Both the position numbers and the translations under genes were made by a program. From Cyanophora paradoxa CCMP329 (taxonomy: Eukaryota > Plantae > Glaucophyta), in the NCBI GenBank assembly GCA_004431415.1, contig QPMI01000040.1, positions 1-64,000 of the forward strand: a stretch of DNA of 64,000 nt, written 5' to 3'. The notes below the pieces were generated by a model. That model had not been told where the DNA came from, made no database searches, and saw only the letters and a program-made list of their open reading frames with translations. Within the stretch, counting starts at the first letter, position 1; each line of letters begins with the position of its first letter. Below are positions 1 to 9,534 of the stretch, piece by piece.

Positions 1-2
1 GA

Positions 3-292
3 AACTTACCGGGAGAAGTTGGGCCCGAGTCCCGAGTCGCCGGCAAACTCCGTGACGTAAATGACGCTGACGTAAATGACGCGACCCTTCAGGTTAATTA
101 ATTAAGCAAGCGCTAGCGCTAGCTAGCTAGATATCGATACCACCTAGCTAGTAGCACTAGGACACTAGGACACTAGGACACCGGGGGGTACCCCCGCCGA
201 GTTCAAGTCTCGAACTTACCGGGAGAAGTTGGGCCCGAGTCCCGAGTCGCCGGCAAACTCCGTGACGTAAATGACGCGGACGTAAATGACGC
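3..292. repeat. Direct repeat, ~80-bp unit at 3-82 and 213-292 (210-bp period), with TGACG motifs
   Basis: AACTTACCGGGAGAAGTTGGGCCCGAGTCCCGAGTCGCCGGCAAACTCCGTGACGTAAATGACGC(T/G)GACGTAAATGACGC occurs twice; the spacer has CACTAGGA x3 and GCTA repeats. Confidence 0.95.
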
Positions 293-360
293 AAATCCCA
301 TTGGAGCTACGTTCGCACACTCCGGACGCCTCCCACAATTTTCCAAGGTACCCAGCAAGC

Positions 361-649
361 ATGGACTTCACCGATTGCGCCAGGTATCAAGCAGGAGCCT
401 GAGGACCTTCTCACCGCCGCCGCCTCGGCGCCCAAGCAGCGCCGCCGCCGCGGGCCCAAGTCCCTCTGCTCCGAGCCCGAGATCCTGGCGGCTCCGGCGC
501 GCGGGCCGGAGACCGTGGACCTGACCCTGGAGGAGCCGGCGCGCGGCCCGCCGCGCCTTCTGATCCTTGCGGCGGCGGCGGCCGCGCTCTACTACGCCGC
601 CCGGCGCCTGGGCCCGCAGCTCTCGGGCCTGGTCCGGAACCTTTTCTAA
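361..649 (+). CDS. Small protein with C-terminal hydrophobic helix (one frameshift needed near the start)
   Basis: ATG 361; reading frame IKQEPEDLL...RLLILAAAAAALYYAARRLGPQLSGLVRNLF*; upstream AATTTTCCAAG motif. Confidence 0.5.
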
Positions 650-660
650 GTCCCTCCTCA

Positions 661-997
661 ATGGAGGCCCTGCAGATCTCATGGCCTTTGCGCTGCCCAT
701 CTTCTTCCTGGTGGGCCTCAGCCGCATGGAGCGCGAGGCGCGCCAGCCGAGCGCGTCGAGCGCGGCCTCACCCCGCAGAGCAGCGCAACCTCACCGAGTG
801 GACTGGCGCTCATGGCCGGCCGCATGCTCGACGGCAACCGGCTCGAGCCGGGCCACCGCCTCAAGCTAGAGGACGGCGGCACGGCCCTCTGGGGACGGCG
901 AGGCCTGGAAGCACGATTCGACGGGCGAGCCGATGAAGCTGCTCGCCTCGGCAACAAGTACTGGCGCGGCGACTCGATGGAGTTCCGGCGCCCGTGA
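661..997 (+). CDS. Small protein with N-terminal hydrophobic segment (frameshifted)
   Basis: MEALQ/LMAFALPIFFLVGLSRMERE.../...GRMLDGNRLEPGHRLKLEDGG...NKYWRGDSMEFRRP*; upstream CTTTTCTAAG. Confidence 0.45.
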
Positions 998-1045
998 TTG
1001 CTAGTGATTTTCTGGTTCCCTCTTCTAACCTTCTACCAGCAAAGA

Positions 1046-1334
1046 ATGCCCGACCCCTCGCCCGACCCCGCCGCAGGGTGCCGAGAGCGCGGGGCAGCTC
1101 GGACGAGTACTCCGAGCTCACGGATCCCGACCCCGACGAGCCCGCGGCGACGCCTTCGCGACGGAGAACGAGCGCTCCCTCATGCGCGTCTACGAGGCGC
1201 TGCGCGAGGCGATCTACTGGGAGGATCCCCGCCTGGGAACCCTGATGAACTTTGCAAAGTTCGCCGAGTTCATGTTCGCTATGACCGTGCCCTTCACCCG
1301 AGTCGTGCTCTGGGATAGGAACAGGAACTGGTAA
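1046..1334 (+). CDS. Small acidic hypothetical viral-type protein (frameshifted)
   Basis: MPDPSPDP...SDEYSELTDPDPDE...EAIYWEDPRLGTLMNFAKFAEFMFAMTVPFTRVVLWDRNRNW* reconstructed across frames. Confidence 0.4.
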
Positions 1335-1456
1335 AGGCATTGAATACACAGTACAGAGCCCTACGAGCTAGAGCTGCTATTCGCCCGAGTCCAGGCGCGC
1401 CTTCTTGGCCTTGGAGCGGCGGAGGCGGGAGACGTACTGCAGGCGCAGGTTGCGCA

Positions 1457-1735
1457 CTAGGAGCTCGCCGGCCGTGGTGCCCGGCAGCCCGGAACCGAGT
1501 CCGTGGGCAGCAGCTGTCCCTCGCGTATCGCCTTGTACGTCTTGCGCTTGTTGAATGCAACCTTCTCCGTATCCTCCGCGACCGGGACTTCCAGCGCCAG
1601 CGTGCGCTTGGCCTTCTTGACGGAGACTGCGTTCGCACGCTCCAGCTTCACTCCGGGCTCCAGGGGGGTAGGGGCGACTGCGTTCGCCACCGGGTTCTCA
1701 GCGAAGGAAACACGGGGGGAAGAGCCGCCGCGCAT
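1457..1735 (-). CDS. Small basic hypothetical protein
   Basis: ORF MRGGSSPRVSFAENPVA...; upstream ATTTTCTAAAG motif; abuts the neighbouring ORF. Confidence 0.45.
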   Translation of the reverse strand: MRGGSSPRVSFAENPVANAVAPTPLEPGVKLERANAVSVKKAKRTLALEVPVAEDTEKVAFNKRKTYKAIREGQLLPTDSVPGCRAPRPASS

Positions 1736-1747
1736 GGTTCGCTCGCT

Positions 1748-1933
1748 TTACCTAGCCTTTAGAAAATAGTCGAGCTGGGCGCTCTGCAGGCGCGCGCCCT
1801 GGTAGGCGCCGCGCAGCTGCCACGCGAGCCAGATCGCAAGGAGCACCGCGGCGACGCCGGCGGCGATCTTGGCGTAGTGCCAGCCCTTCATCGCAAGCTC
1901 CGGCACGGCCGCAACCGCCTGCCCGACCTTCAC
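1748..1933 (-). CDS. Small single-pass membrane protein
   Basis: WHYAKIAAGVAAVLLAIWLAWQLRG hydrophobic helix; may be the frameshifted C-terminus of 1930-2145. Confidence 0.5.
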   Translation of the reverse strand: MKVGQAVAAVPELAMKGWHYAKIAAGVAAVLLAIWLAWQLRGAYQGARLQSAQLDYFLKAR

Positions 1934-2145
1934 GCCGCGGCGCCCGTCCGATCGATTCCCGTCAGCGTGCTGCCGAGTGCGCCCGCGGCCACGTCGGCCC
2001 AGGGAAGCTTGCCGTCGTTCTTTAGGATGAGCTCGTTGTTCTTGCGCTCGATCGTCGTGCTGATCGCCGCGGCCAGGTGAAGCTCGGCGGCGGCTGCGCG
2101 CTCTTCGGTCCGAAGACCTTGGTCAGCACGGCGTCCACCAGCCAT
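1930..2145 (-). CDS. Small hypothetical protein
   Basis: ORF MAGGRRADQGLRTEE...; upstream TTTTTCGAAG motif. Confidence 0.45.
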   Translation of the reverse strand: MAGGRRADQGLRTEERAAAAELHLAAAISTTIERKNNELILKNDGKLPWADVAAGALGSTLTGIDRTGAAA

Positions 2146-2168
2146 CTTTGACCTAGACTTCGAAAAAC

Positions 2169-2648
2169 TATCTAAATGACCAGGCGCGCAGGTACCAGAC
2201 CATCAGGAGCGAGCCGCCCAGCGCCACCAGCAGCGGCAGGTGCCCGTCCACGGCGCGCCGCATGCGGTTGTCGCACAGCTCTGGCAGCTCAGCCGGTTGG
2301 CCTCGTCGAAGTAGGCGCTCACGGCGTAGGGGCGGCGGCCGGCGGGTGCAGCCCCCGGCCCAGGCACGGGTAGGCCTCCGCCTGCCGCCGCGCGGCCAGC
2401 GCCGCCGTCGCCGCGTGCGCCGCCTCCCTCTGCCCCGGCGCGATCGCCACGAGGGGCAGCGCCCCCACGCTCCTGCCCTTGCCCGCCCCCTTGATCGTTT
2501 TCAGCGACGGCGGCGCGGGATCCGCCGCCTTCACCCTGGGCCCCTCCGCCGCCGCCCCGCCCTTAGCCCTCGCCGCCTCGCCGATCTTGCTGCATCGCGA
2601 ATCCGATTTGAACACGGTGCACAGCAGCTTCTCTACCGCGCTCGACAT
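2169..2648 (-). CDS. Hypothetical protein with C-terminal TM helix (frameshifted)
   Basis: MSSAVEKLLCTVFKSDSRC...PYAVSAYFDEANRLSCQ/ELCDNRMRRAVDGHLPLLVALGGSLLMVWYLRAWSFR. Confidence 0.45.
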
Positions 2649-2738
2649 CTTCGAACGTGTAACGAGAATGAAGAAAATTTAAAGGAACGCCAACGGACTC
2701 GGAACTCGGAAAAGGGGAGGGAGAATGAACTTGAAAAG

Positions 2739-2925
2739 TTAGCGCCCGGCGGGGCGCATGCCGGCCGCCGCCTGCGAGGCGCCGCCGGGGGCGTAGAGGG
2801 ACTTGGCGGCGTAGCGAAGCCCACGCCTATGACCGCCGAGGCCGTGGGGGTGCCGCCGAGGAGCCAGGTGAGGTCGCGGCCAGCGCTCCTAGCGAGTAGT
2901 GGGCAGGATAAGCTTCGAAGGCCAT
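2739..2925 (-). CDS. Small hydrophobic protein (frameshifted)
   Basis: MAFEAYPAHYSLGA.../LTWLLGGTPTASAVIGVG.../YAAKSLYAPGG; upstream ATTTTTCTCAA. Confidence 0.35.
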
Positions 2926-2972
2926 CGCGGGACCGAATTGAGGGAGGGTTGAGAAAAATACCGCCTCGGGCC

Positions 2973-4555
2973 TCAGTGGTGCAGGTGCCGGAAGCGCGCG
3001 TTGTCCTCGCCTCCTCGCGCGCCGCCTGCTCCTCCGCCGCGTCGATCTCCGCCCGCGAGGCCTCCCGCGCCGCGGCCGACGCGTAGTCCTTGAGCACGGG
3101 CACGCGCCGGTAGCTGTAGCCGAGGCCCTTCGCCAGCCCCGCCGACTCCGCTCGAACGCCCGCCAGCGCTCCGAGGCCTCCGCCCCGGCGATCTGGCCGC
3201 GCGGAAGCCGGAGTCCAGCTCGGCGCGGAAGGCGATGGTGGCCTGCAGGCGCTGGCCAGAGGGCCTGGCGCCGCTCCTCCGCCTCGCGCGCCTGGCGCGC
3301 CGCCAGCGCCCGCCGCTCGGCCTCCTGCTGGGCCCCGAAGCCTGGATCGCGGTGAGGACGGCGCCGGGGCCGGGGAGGGGCTGGGGCCGTCGGCGCTCGC
3401 GGAGGAGGCCGAGCTCCCGTAGCCGCTCGGGCCCGCGCCGCCGTTCGTCGGGGTACCCTGCCTTGGATCAGGAGGGGGGCGGGGGAGGGTACGGGAGGGA
3501 AGGCGGGGGGTACGCGGGCCGGACCTGGCGCGGCAGCATCTCGTCGATGCGCTGCTGGCCGGGGCGCTGCTGGGGGCCGTGGCGGGGGGCTGGGCGGGAG
3601 GAAGGCCGGCGCCGAGTTGCGGGTGCGCTTGCCCTTGCCCTTGGTGTGGGGCTTGACGAGGAAGGGCCCGACGTCGGCCACCGGGTCCTTGAACTGGCGA
3701 CGGGATCGCGATCGCCTCCAGCGCCGGCTGGCTCTCGCCGAGGAGAGCGGGGCCTTGGGACGATGCCGCGGATGTAGGTCTGCCAGACGCCGCCGAGCTT
3801 GTAGGAGTAGGGGCGGCACGAGGAGCCGAAGCCGGCGAGGGTCTCGTCCAGCCGGCCGTTCTCGATGTCAGCGCCGACGGCGGCGGAGGTGTCGGGGCCC
3901 TCCGTGCGCGCGATGTACTCGACGATGCCCGCGACGCTCGTCATCCAGCCCTCCGTCTCCGAGCCGACGAGGAAGGTGGTGGGGTCGACGACGCAGTGGG
4001 TGATGATGAAGCGGGTGAGGGGGCAGGAGGCCGTCTCCTGCCAGAAGGCGAGGCGCTTCTCCCGCAGCCACACCGGCTCGAAGGCCTGGATGCAGGAGGC
4101 CTGGCGGCCACCTGCGGCGCGGGCGACGTTAGCGCGTACGACGTCGGGACGGGCGGGGAAGGTGCGCGGCTTCGAATCCAGCGGCTCCCCGCGAAGCTGC
4201 CTGCGGCCCAGTGAGCGTGCTGCGAGCGGGAGGTGGAGGATTGGCGGGCGGGCCTGCGTCCAGCGCTGAAACGTAGCTCCACTGATGCTATCCGCGATGC
4301 GCGTAGCCGCGACTGGCTGCGGACAAGGAGGGCTTAGCTAGGACAAGAACGGGTGTGGGGCGCGGGCTGGAGGCGCGGGAGGCGAGCCGGAGCCGCCGAA
4401 TCGATGCGCGGGCTTGAGAACGAGATCTAGAAGCGTGCGCAAGTCGCCGCGAACGTCGGCTCGAGTTGCGGAAGGCGCGGCGGCCAATCTCGGCACCTGC
4501 TCAGAGACCAAATGTCAGCGGACGCGGGCGAATCGAGCGCGAGGTTGCGGACATG
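2973..4555 (-). CDS. Hypothetical protein with a D5-primase/helicase C-terminal winged-helix-like domain; apparent short introns in the 5' part
   Basis: CPLTRFIITHCVVDP...SVAGIVEYIART...DETLAGFG...GGVWQTYIRGI resembles the D5 C-terminal wHTH pattern; CTAAC/CTAAG branch-like sites and CAG acceptors at ~4110-4500; start uncertain. Confidence 0.35.
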
Positions 4556-5245
4556 TTCTAGGTGCTAAATGCAAGGGATAGAGCGGCAAGAGAGCGAGCT
4601 GGCACCTGCGGGATGCGGCGGAGTGCTCCGGCTCGGGCGCCATCGAGCTTTCGAAGGTCCGCGGCCGGCGCGAGCGACCCTGCGCGTGGCGGCGTGAGTG
4701 CGGCGTCGAGAGAGCTTTCCAGCGCCCAAAATCTGAGGTCCGGAGCTAGCCGTGGTGCGGAGAAAGAGGTTGCGAAGTGAGGCGCACCTCCGAATCGAAA
4801 GGAGCGAGGCGGCGGCTCTCCGGGCTGAGCGGAATGCAAGCTAGTGCCTCTGGCAAGTGCTGCAAGGAGCGCTGGGCCGGGCGCTGCGAGATGCGCTGCC
4901 CGGGCGCTTTTTTTCGGGTTGGGGTACTGTGTTTTGAGTCGAAACACGTGGAGCAACCGCGTGAGCCCAAAACTTTCTGAGCTTAGGAGCAAAGGCGGTC
5001 GAGCGCTCGGCCGCGCAAGCTAGCTCCGGCGCGCTCTGCCTTCTCTCTACACGTGTCGCATTCACGTGCGCTCAAAACTTTCTAAGCTTCGGTCAAGCAA
5101 GGGCTAGCGCTTCCGAAGTTCTACGCGCGCGCCTCCCGTCCGCCGGGCCGACGGTCTGCGCGTCACATCGTCCGCTGCGCCAAGAAGGAGAGATCAAGAC
5201 GGTGTCAACCGGGTCTAGTTGAGCGCTTAAGGTCGGACCAAAGCC

Positions 5246-5380
5246 TGTCCCGACCCTCCCAGATCTTTAAATTAATATCTCAGAAGTCGAGACAGCCGCT
5301 GAGCAGTCCGGATCCAGACGGACCAGAGCCTGTCCCGACCCTCCCAGATCTTTAAATTAATATCTCAGAAGGTCGAGACA
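5246..5380 (+). repeat. Two copies of the 50-bp imperfect palindrome (5246-5294, 5331-5380), putative origin/initiator sites
   Basis: TGTCCCGACCCTCCCAGATCTTTAAATTAATATCTCAGAAGGTCGAGACA; GC-rich arms, AT-rich core; the first copy lacks one G. Confidence 0.9.
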
Positions 5381-5470
5381 GCAGTCCAGACGTCGACTAT
5401 AGCTAGCCAACAGACGTTGACTAGCCTAGTAGATCTAGAATTTTCCAAGCCTAGCTATAGAGAGACGACC

Positions 5471-8400
5471 ATGGCAACCGGACGCGTGTCTCTCGACGTC
5501 GACGCCTTCCTGGCCCGTATGCCGGGCCCGGGTACAGCAGATAGATCTGAGCGAGCAGGAGTGCAGCTTTTTCGTTCGATTCCTCTCGTCGAAGTCCAGA
5601 AGGCCTGCAGCCCGACCCTGGGGACGGCTTTCTGCGTCTTCCACCCGCCCTGCATCACCCCAGCCACTTCTCGGGTGCCGAGGATGAGACGAGCACCGCG
5701 GCAGCCTGCGCCTTTGCAACCAAGTTCGGAGGCTTCACTTTCTCTCGCCCCTTGGATAATGGATTCAAGGCTGCCTACGTCCTACAGAGCCCGGAGGCTT
5801 GCGATCTCATGGCATGGTTCTTTGGAGCTCGAGCGGCCTGGAGCTCGGTGTGGATGGCACGGGGGCTACGTTCTGCGGGGCCGGCGCCCGGGCCGCGAGC
5901 GGAGCTCCTCCCCACTCCATCCAGAAGCTCGGCGCCCCGCGCTAAGCCCATCCCGGAGCCGGGCGCTCTCCTGGATTCGAGCCCAAGCCTGCCGGCCTTG
6001 GAGCGGCTCCTGGACCGCCTGCGCAAGAACAAGGCGGTGAGGGACGAGATCTGGAAGGCGGGGCAGAGCTGCGCGCGGACCTTGGCCTGCACGACGCCCG
6101 CCGCGTTCAGCACCTTGGAGTCGAGCCCGACGGGTCCATCACCCTCGTCCTGGGCGGGAGTCAGCCGGGGCGCCGGCGGCTCGAATCTCCATCCAGGCGC
6201 ACGGTATTGAAGTCGAGCTCGAGGGGGAGGGACCGGAGGGGAGTCGGGCAGCGTGGCACAGACCCGCTATGTGACCGATCCCTCGCAGCCTGTCGCCTTC
6301 GACATTGCCCTCCCCTCCTCCTGATCGCGCTCGAGTCGACGGGCCTGGAGGCTTGCGTCAATGCAGTGGATGAACGCCACCTCTCGTGCAAGATCCTTAC
6401 CTCCGCATTCGGGGCGCTGGAGCAGAACCCGAGATCCGCTCAGCCGCAGGTCGACGTCATCTGCTCGGGACTCAACACGGGAAGACGCAGGCGCTGATCG
6501 ATGCGTACCTGGACCGGCCCTCGCAGGCGCTGGCGAGTGATCCTCGTGACTTGCCGCCGGCCTTCTCCCGCGACCTCAAGCGTCGCATTGATGCTGCGGA
6601 GTTGTCAAAGGACGCCGTGCTTTACATGGACATCAAGAAGCCACCGGAGAGCTCAAAGGGATCGCATGGCAAGTGGGGCTTCCGCCATGAGGAGTGCAGG
6701 TGCGTCGTCATCACATGGACTCGCTGCACAAGGTGCTCGAGGACTGGGAGGGCTGGTCGACGGCGCCGCTACTGGTCGTGCTGGACGAGCTCTCCTCCCT
6801 CACGAAGCACCTCACCTCGAGCGGCACCTCGAGCCCACCGGCCTGCACCTAGGTATGCGGTCAGTGCCTCGAAACGCGCGCTGCGTGGGCCTATGGCGCG
6901 GCGTGATGAAGGCATCGCGCATCGTGGCGATGGACGGCTTCGTTCGTCGGTCGATCTCGCGTACCTGGCAGAGTCGGCGCAGGAGGTCGGGGCGCGCCTG
7001 GGGCTCCTGTACAACTCGCATCGCACCTGCGACTGGAAGATGCGCGTGTCAGACAGCCCGGCGCACGTCGAGGCGGACATCATGGTGCAGTGCCGACCTG
7101 GGCGCTCGCGGGCCATGATCATCGCGGAGACGCCGGCCAAGGCGATCGAGCTGCAGGAGAAGATTGCGAAGCAGGCGCTGGAGCAGCTCAGCCTGGGCGG
7201 CGCTCAGTACGTGACTCAGCTCGAGGCAGGGCCCGAGGACGGCAGCGGCGCACCGTTCACGATCGGGCTCATCGTTGGGCAGGCCAAGGAGAAGAGCGTG
7301 CGCTTCACGAACGAGGGCCCAGTGCGCATCGTGTCGATCGATGTGTCTGAGGAGGGCGCGTACAAGGCCTGCGACGTGCTCATCGCAACTTCCGCGCTCG
7401 GGCAGGCGTGGACTTTTCGGACGCGCACTTTGACAAGGTCTACGGCGTGTTCCAGGCGGAGCCCGCGCAGCTGGAGGCGGACGACATCGTGCAGCTGCTG
7501 TTTCGAGTCAGAAGGCTGCGCAAACGCAGCACGCCCGACGGGGAGCACCTGCTCGTCGCCGTGCGCAAGAACCGGACGCCCTCGGTTGCGGTCGGCGCGG
7601 CGGCTGCGCACTGGCGTGAGAGCGACGACGACGAGAGCTCGGACGACATGCAGCGCTACCTGGACCTGAAGGCTAGCCACCGCGGGAGCCGCCGCGCCGG
7701 CATGCCCACTCGGCGCCTCGCAGTGGCAGCGCGCCTGCGGCTGATGTCGACCTGCGCGCTGATGAACGTGCAAGTCACGGAGGATCAAAACCCGAGCGGA
7801 CCGAAGCAGGAGAAGGAGCAGCGGCTGCGCGAGATCAGGAGCGTGCTGGAGGCGGGCGCGCTGGAGCCCGTCGATCTGTGGAGCACGGTGCTGGCCTGGA
7901 GGCAGTCCCGCGAGTCTCTCGCTAAGCTGGACATCGAGAAGGTTGCTTCGCTTGCTCGCACGTCGATCGCCGCGTTCCTGGCCAAGGATCCGAGCGAGCT
8001 GACCGAAGGAGACGTCGCCTGGATGTGGGATTCGTTCTACTCCATCCCGCTCACTGCCGTGGTCACGCTGGTGCTGAAGCATGGCGCGGACGTTGCCGAG
8101 ATCGTGCCTACTGCTGAGCGCCTCAAGGTATCGAAGGTCGTCGCGCTGTTCAAGAAACTCTTCGGCTGGCGGGGTATGGAAAGCTCGCGGGGCGTGCTCT
8201 GTGGTCGGACGAAGCCTACGCGGCCCTGGCGTCGCCGGAGGGTCGGGAGGCGTACGCGGCTCTGCAGAGTCTGGACGAGCGCGCGCCCCGCTTCGATGCA
8301 GCGGACGGTGAGAAGAAGCGGCTCTCGCAGCAGTCTTGGCAAGTCATCAAGTACCTGCTGGAGAAGTACCTCGGAGTGAGACGCGCTTTCTCCGACGCGG

Positions 8401-8573
8401 ACGGAGGGCAAATGGGCAGCCGAAAGCGACGCTACATCACGTGGGAGGAAGACATGCTCGACGACGCAGTAGAGCGCCAGGCTAAGCAGGCAAGGGCAGG
8501 CATGGCGCCAAGCTTCCCAGAGGTTTACAACGTTTTCTCCGACTGCTATGCTCTCATTCACAGGCGCGTGTGA
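5471..8573 (+). CDS. Herpesvirus UL9 / replication origin-binding protein-like SF2 helicase (multiple frameshifts; pseudogene or sequencing indels)
   Basis: Motifs in UL9 order across frames: VICSGLNTGKT (Walker A), ITWDSLHKV, LVVLDELSSL (Walker B), ASRIVAMDG, DVLIATSALG-GVDFSDAHFDKVYG, IVQLLFRVRRL; intronless. Confidence 0.8.
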
Positions 8574-8674
8574 TTGTCGGATGTCACAGTGTGGACTTCG
8601 CGAACGGGATGCGCGTGCCAGTGTGTAAATACGAACGTGCGAATTCAAGTGACGTCATGCATATGATCAATGAA

Positions 8675-8724
8675 TGTCTCGACCTTTTGAGATATTAATT
8701 TAAAGATCTGGGAGGGTCGGGACA
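8675..8724 (-). repeat. Inverted copy of the 50-bp palindromic element
   Basis: 49/50 identical to the reverse complement of 5331-5380; extra half-site TGTCCCGACC at 8765. Confidence 0.95.
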
Positions 8725-9003
8725 TTGCGAGGGCGGACGAGAGTGAGGGCATGCACTCTCTATGTGTCCCGACCTTTTCTGAACAACTCATGATTGCCGT
8801 ATCATCGATCTGCATTTACTCACTTCGTTCTCTGTCGCTTGCACATGCGCGGTGTGGGATTACTAATTAGATCTAGTCTCCCTAGCCCTCTGCGGCCGCC
8901 TTCCTGCCCCCTGCAAAGAGCAGCTCAACCAAATCCTGTGGGGTCTGATTCATTGCAGACTCGCCTTCCCCGCCTGGGCCTGAGCTACACCAAGCTACGG
9001 TGA

Positions 9004-9534
9004 GTCCGACCAAGAGACGTGTCCGGACCCTCCCTACTTTCTTTATAGATTATTGGAAAGGTCCGGACACTAGAGGAGGGAGGGCGTACATAAGTAGTCT
9101 GACCAAGAGACGTGTCCCGACCCTCCCAGATCTTTAAATTAATATCTGAGAGGGTCGAGACACTAGAGGAGGGCGTACATAAGTAGTCTGACCAAGAGAC
9201 GTGTCCCGACCCTCCCAGATCTTTAAATTAATATCTGAGAGGGTCGAGACACTAGAGGAGGGCGTACATAAGTAGTCTGACCAAGAGACGTGTCCCGACC
9301 CTCCCAGATCTTTAAATTAATATCTGAGAGGGTCGGGACACTAGAGGAGGGCGTACATAAGTAGTCTGACCAAGAGACGTGTCCCGACCCTCCCAGATCT
9401 TTAAATTAATATCTGAGAGGGTCGAGACACTAGAGGAGGGCGTACATAAGTAGTCTGACCAAGAGACGTGTCCCGACCCTCCCAGATCTTTAAATTAATA
9501 TCTGAGAGGGTCGGGACACTAGAGGAGGGCGTAC
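9004..9534 (+). repeat. Tandem array: 5 near-identical 89-bp units plus one degenerate unit, each carrying the 50-bp AT-cored palindrome
   Basis: Palindromes start at 9113, 9202, 9291, 9380, 9469 (period 89); degenerate 50-bp copy at 9020-9069; identical linkers CTAGAGGAGGGCGTACATAAGTAGTCTGACCAAGAGACG. Confidence 0.97.

Noticed and set aside
5471-6350. Primase (AEP) domain N-terminal to the helicase
   Set aside because: No convincing DxD/H primase motifs recognisable across the frameshifts.
9070-9534. CRISPR-like array next to a nuclease
   Set aside because: Linkers between palindromes are identical rather than unique spacers, and there are no cas genes; it is a tandem repeat.
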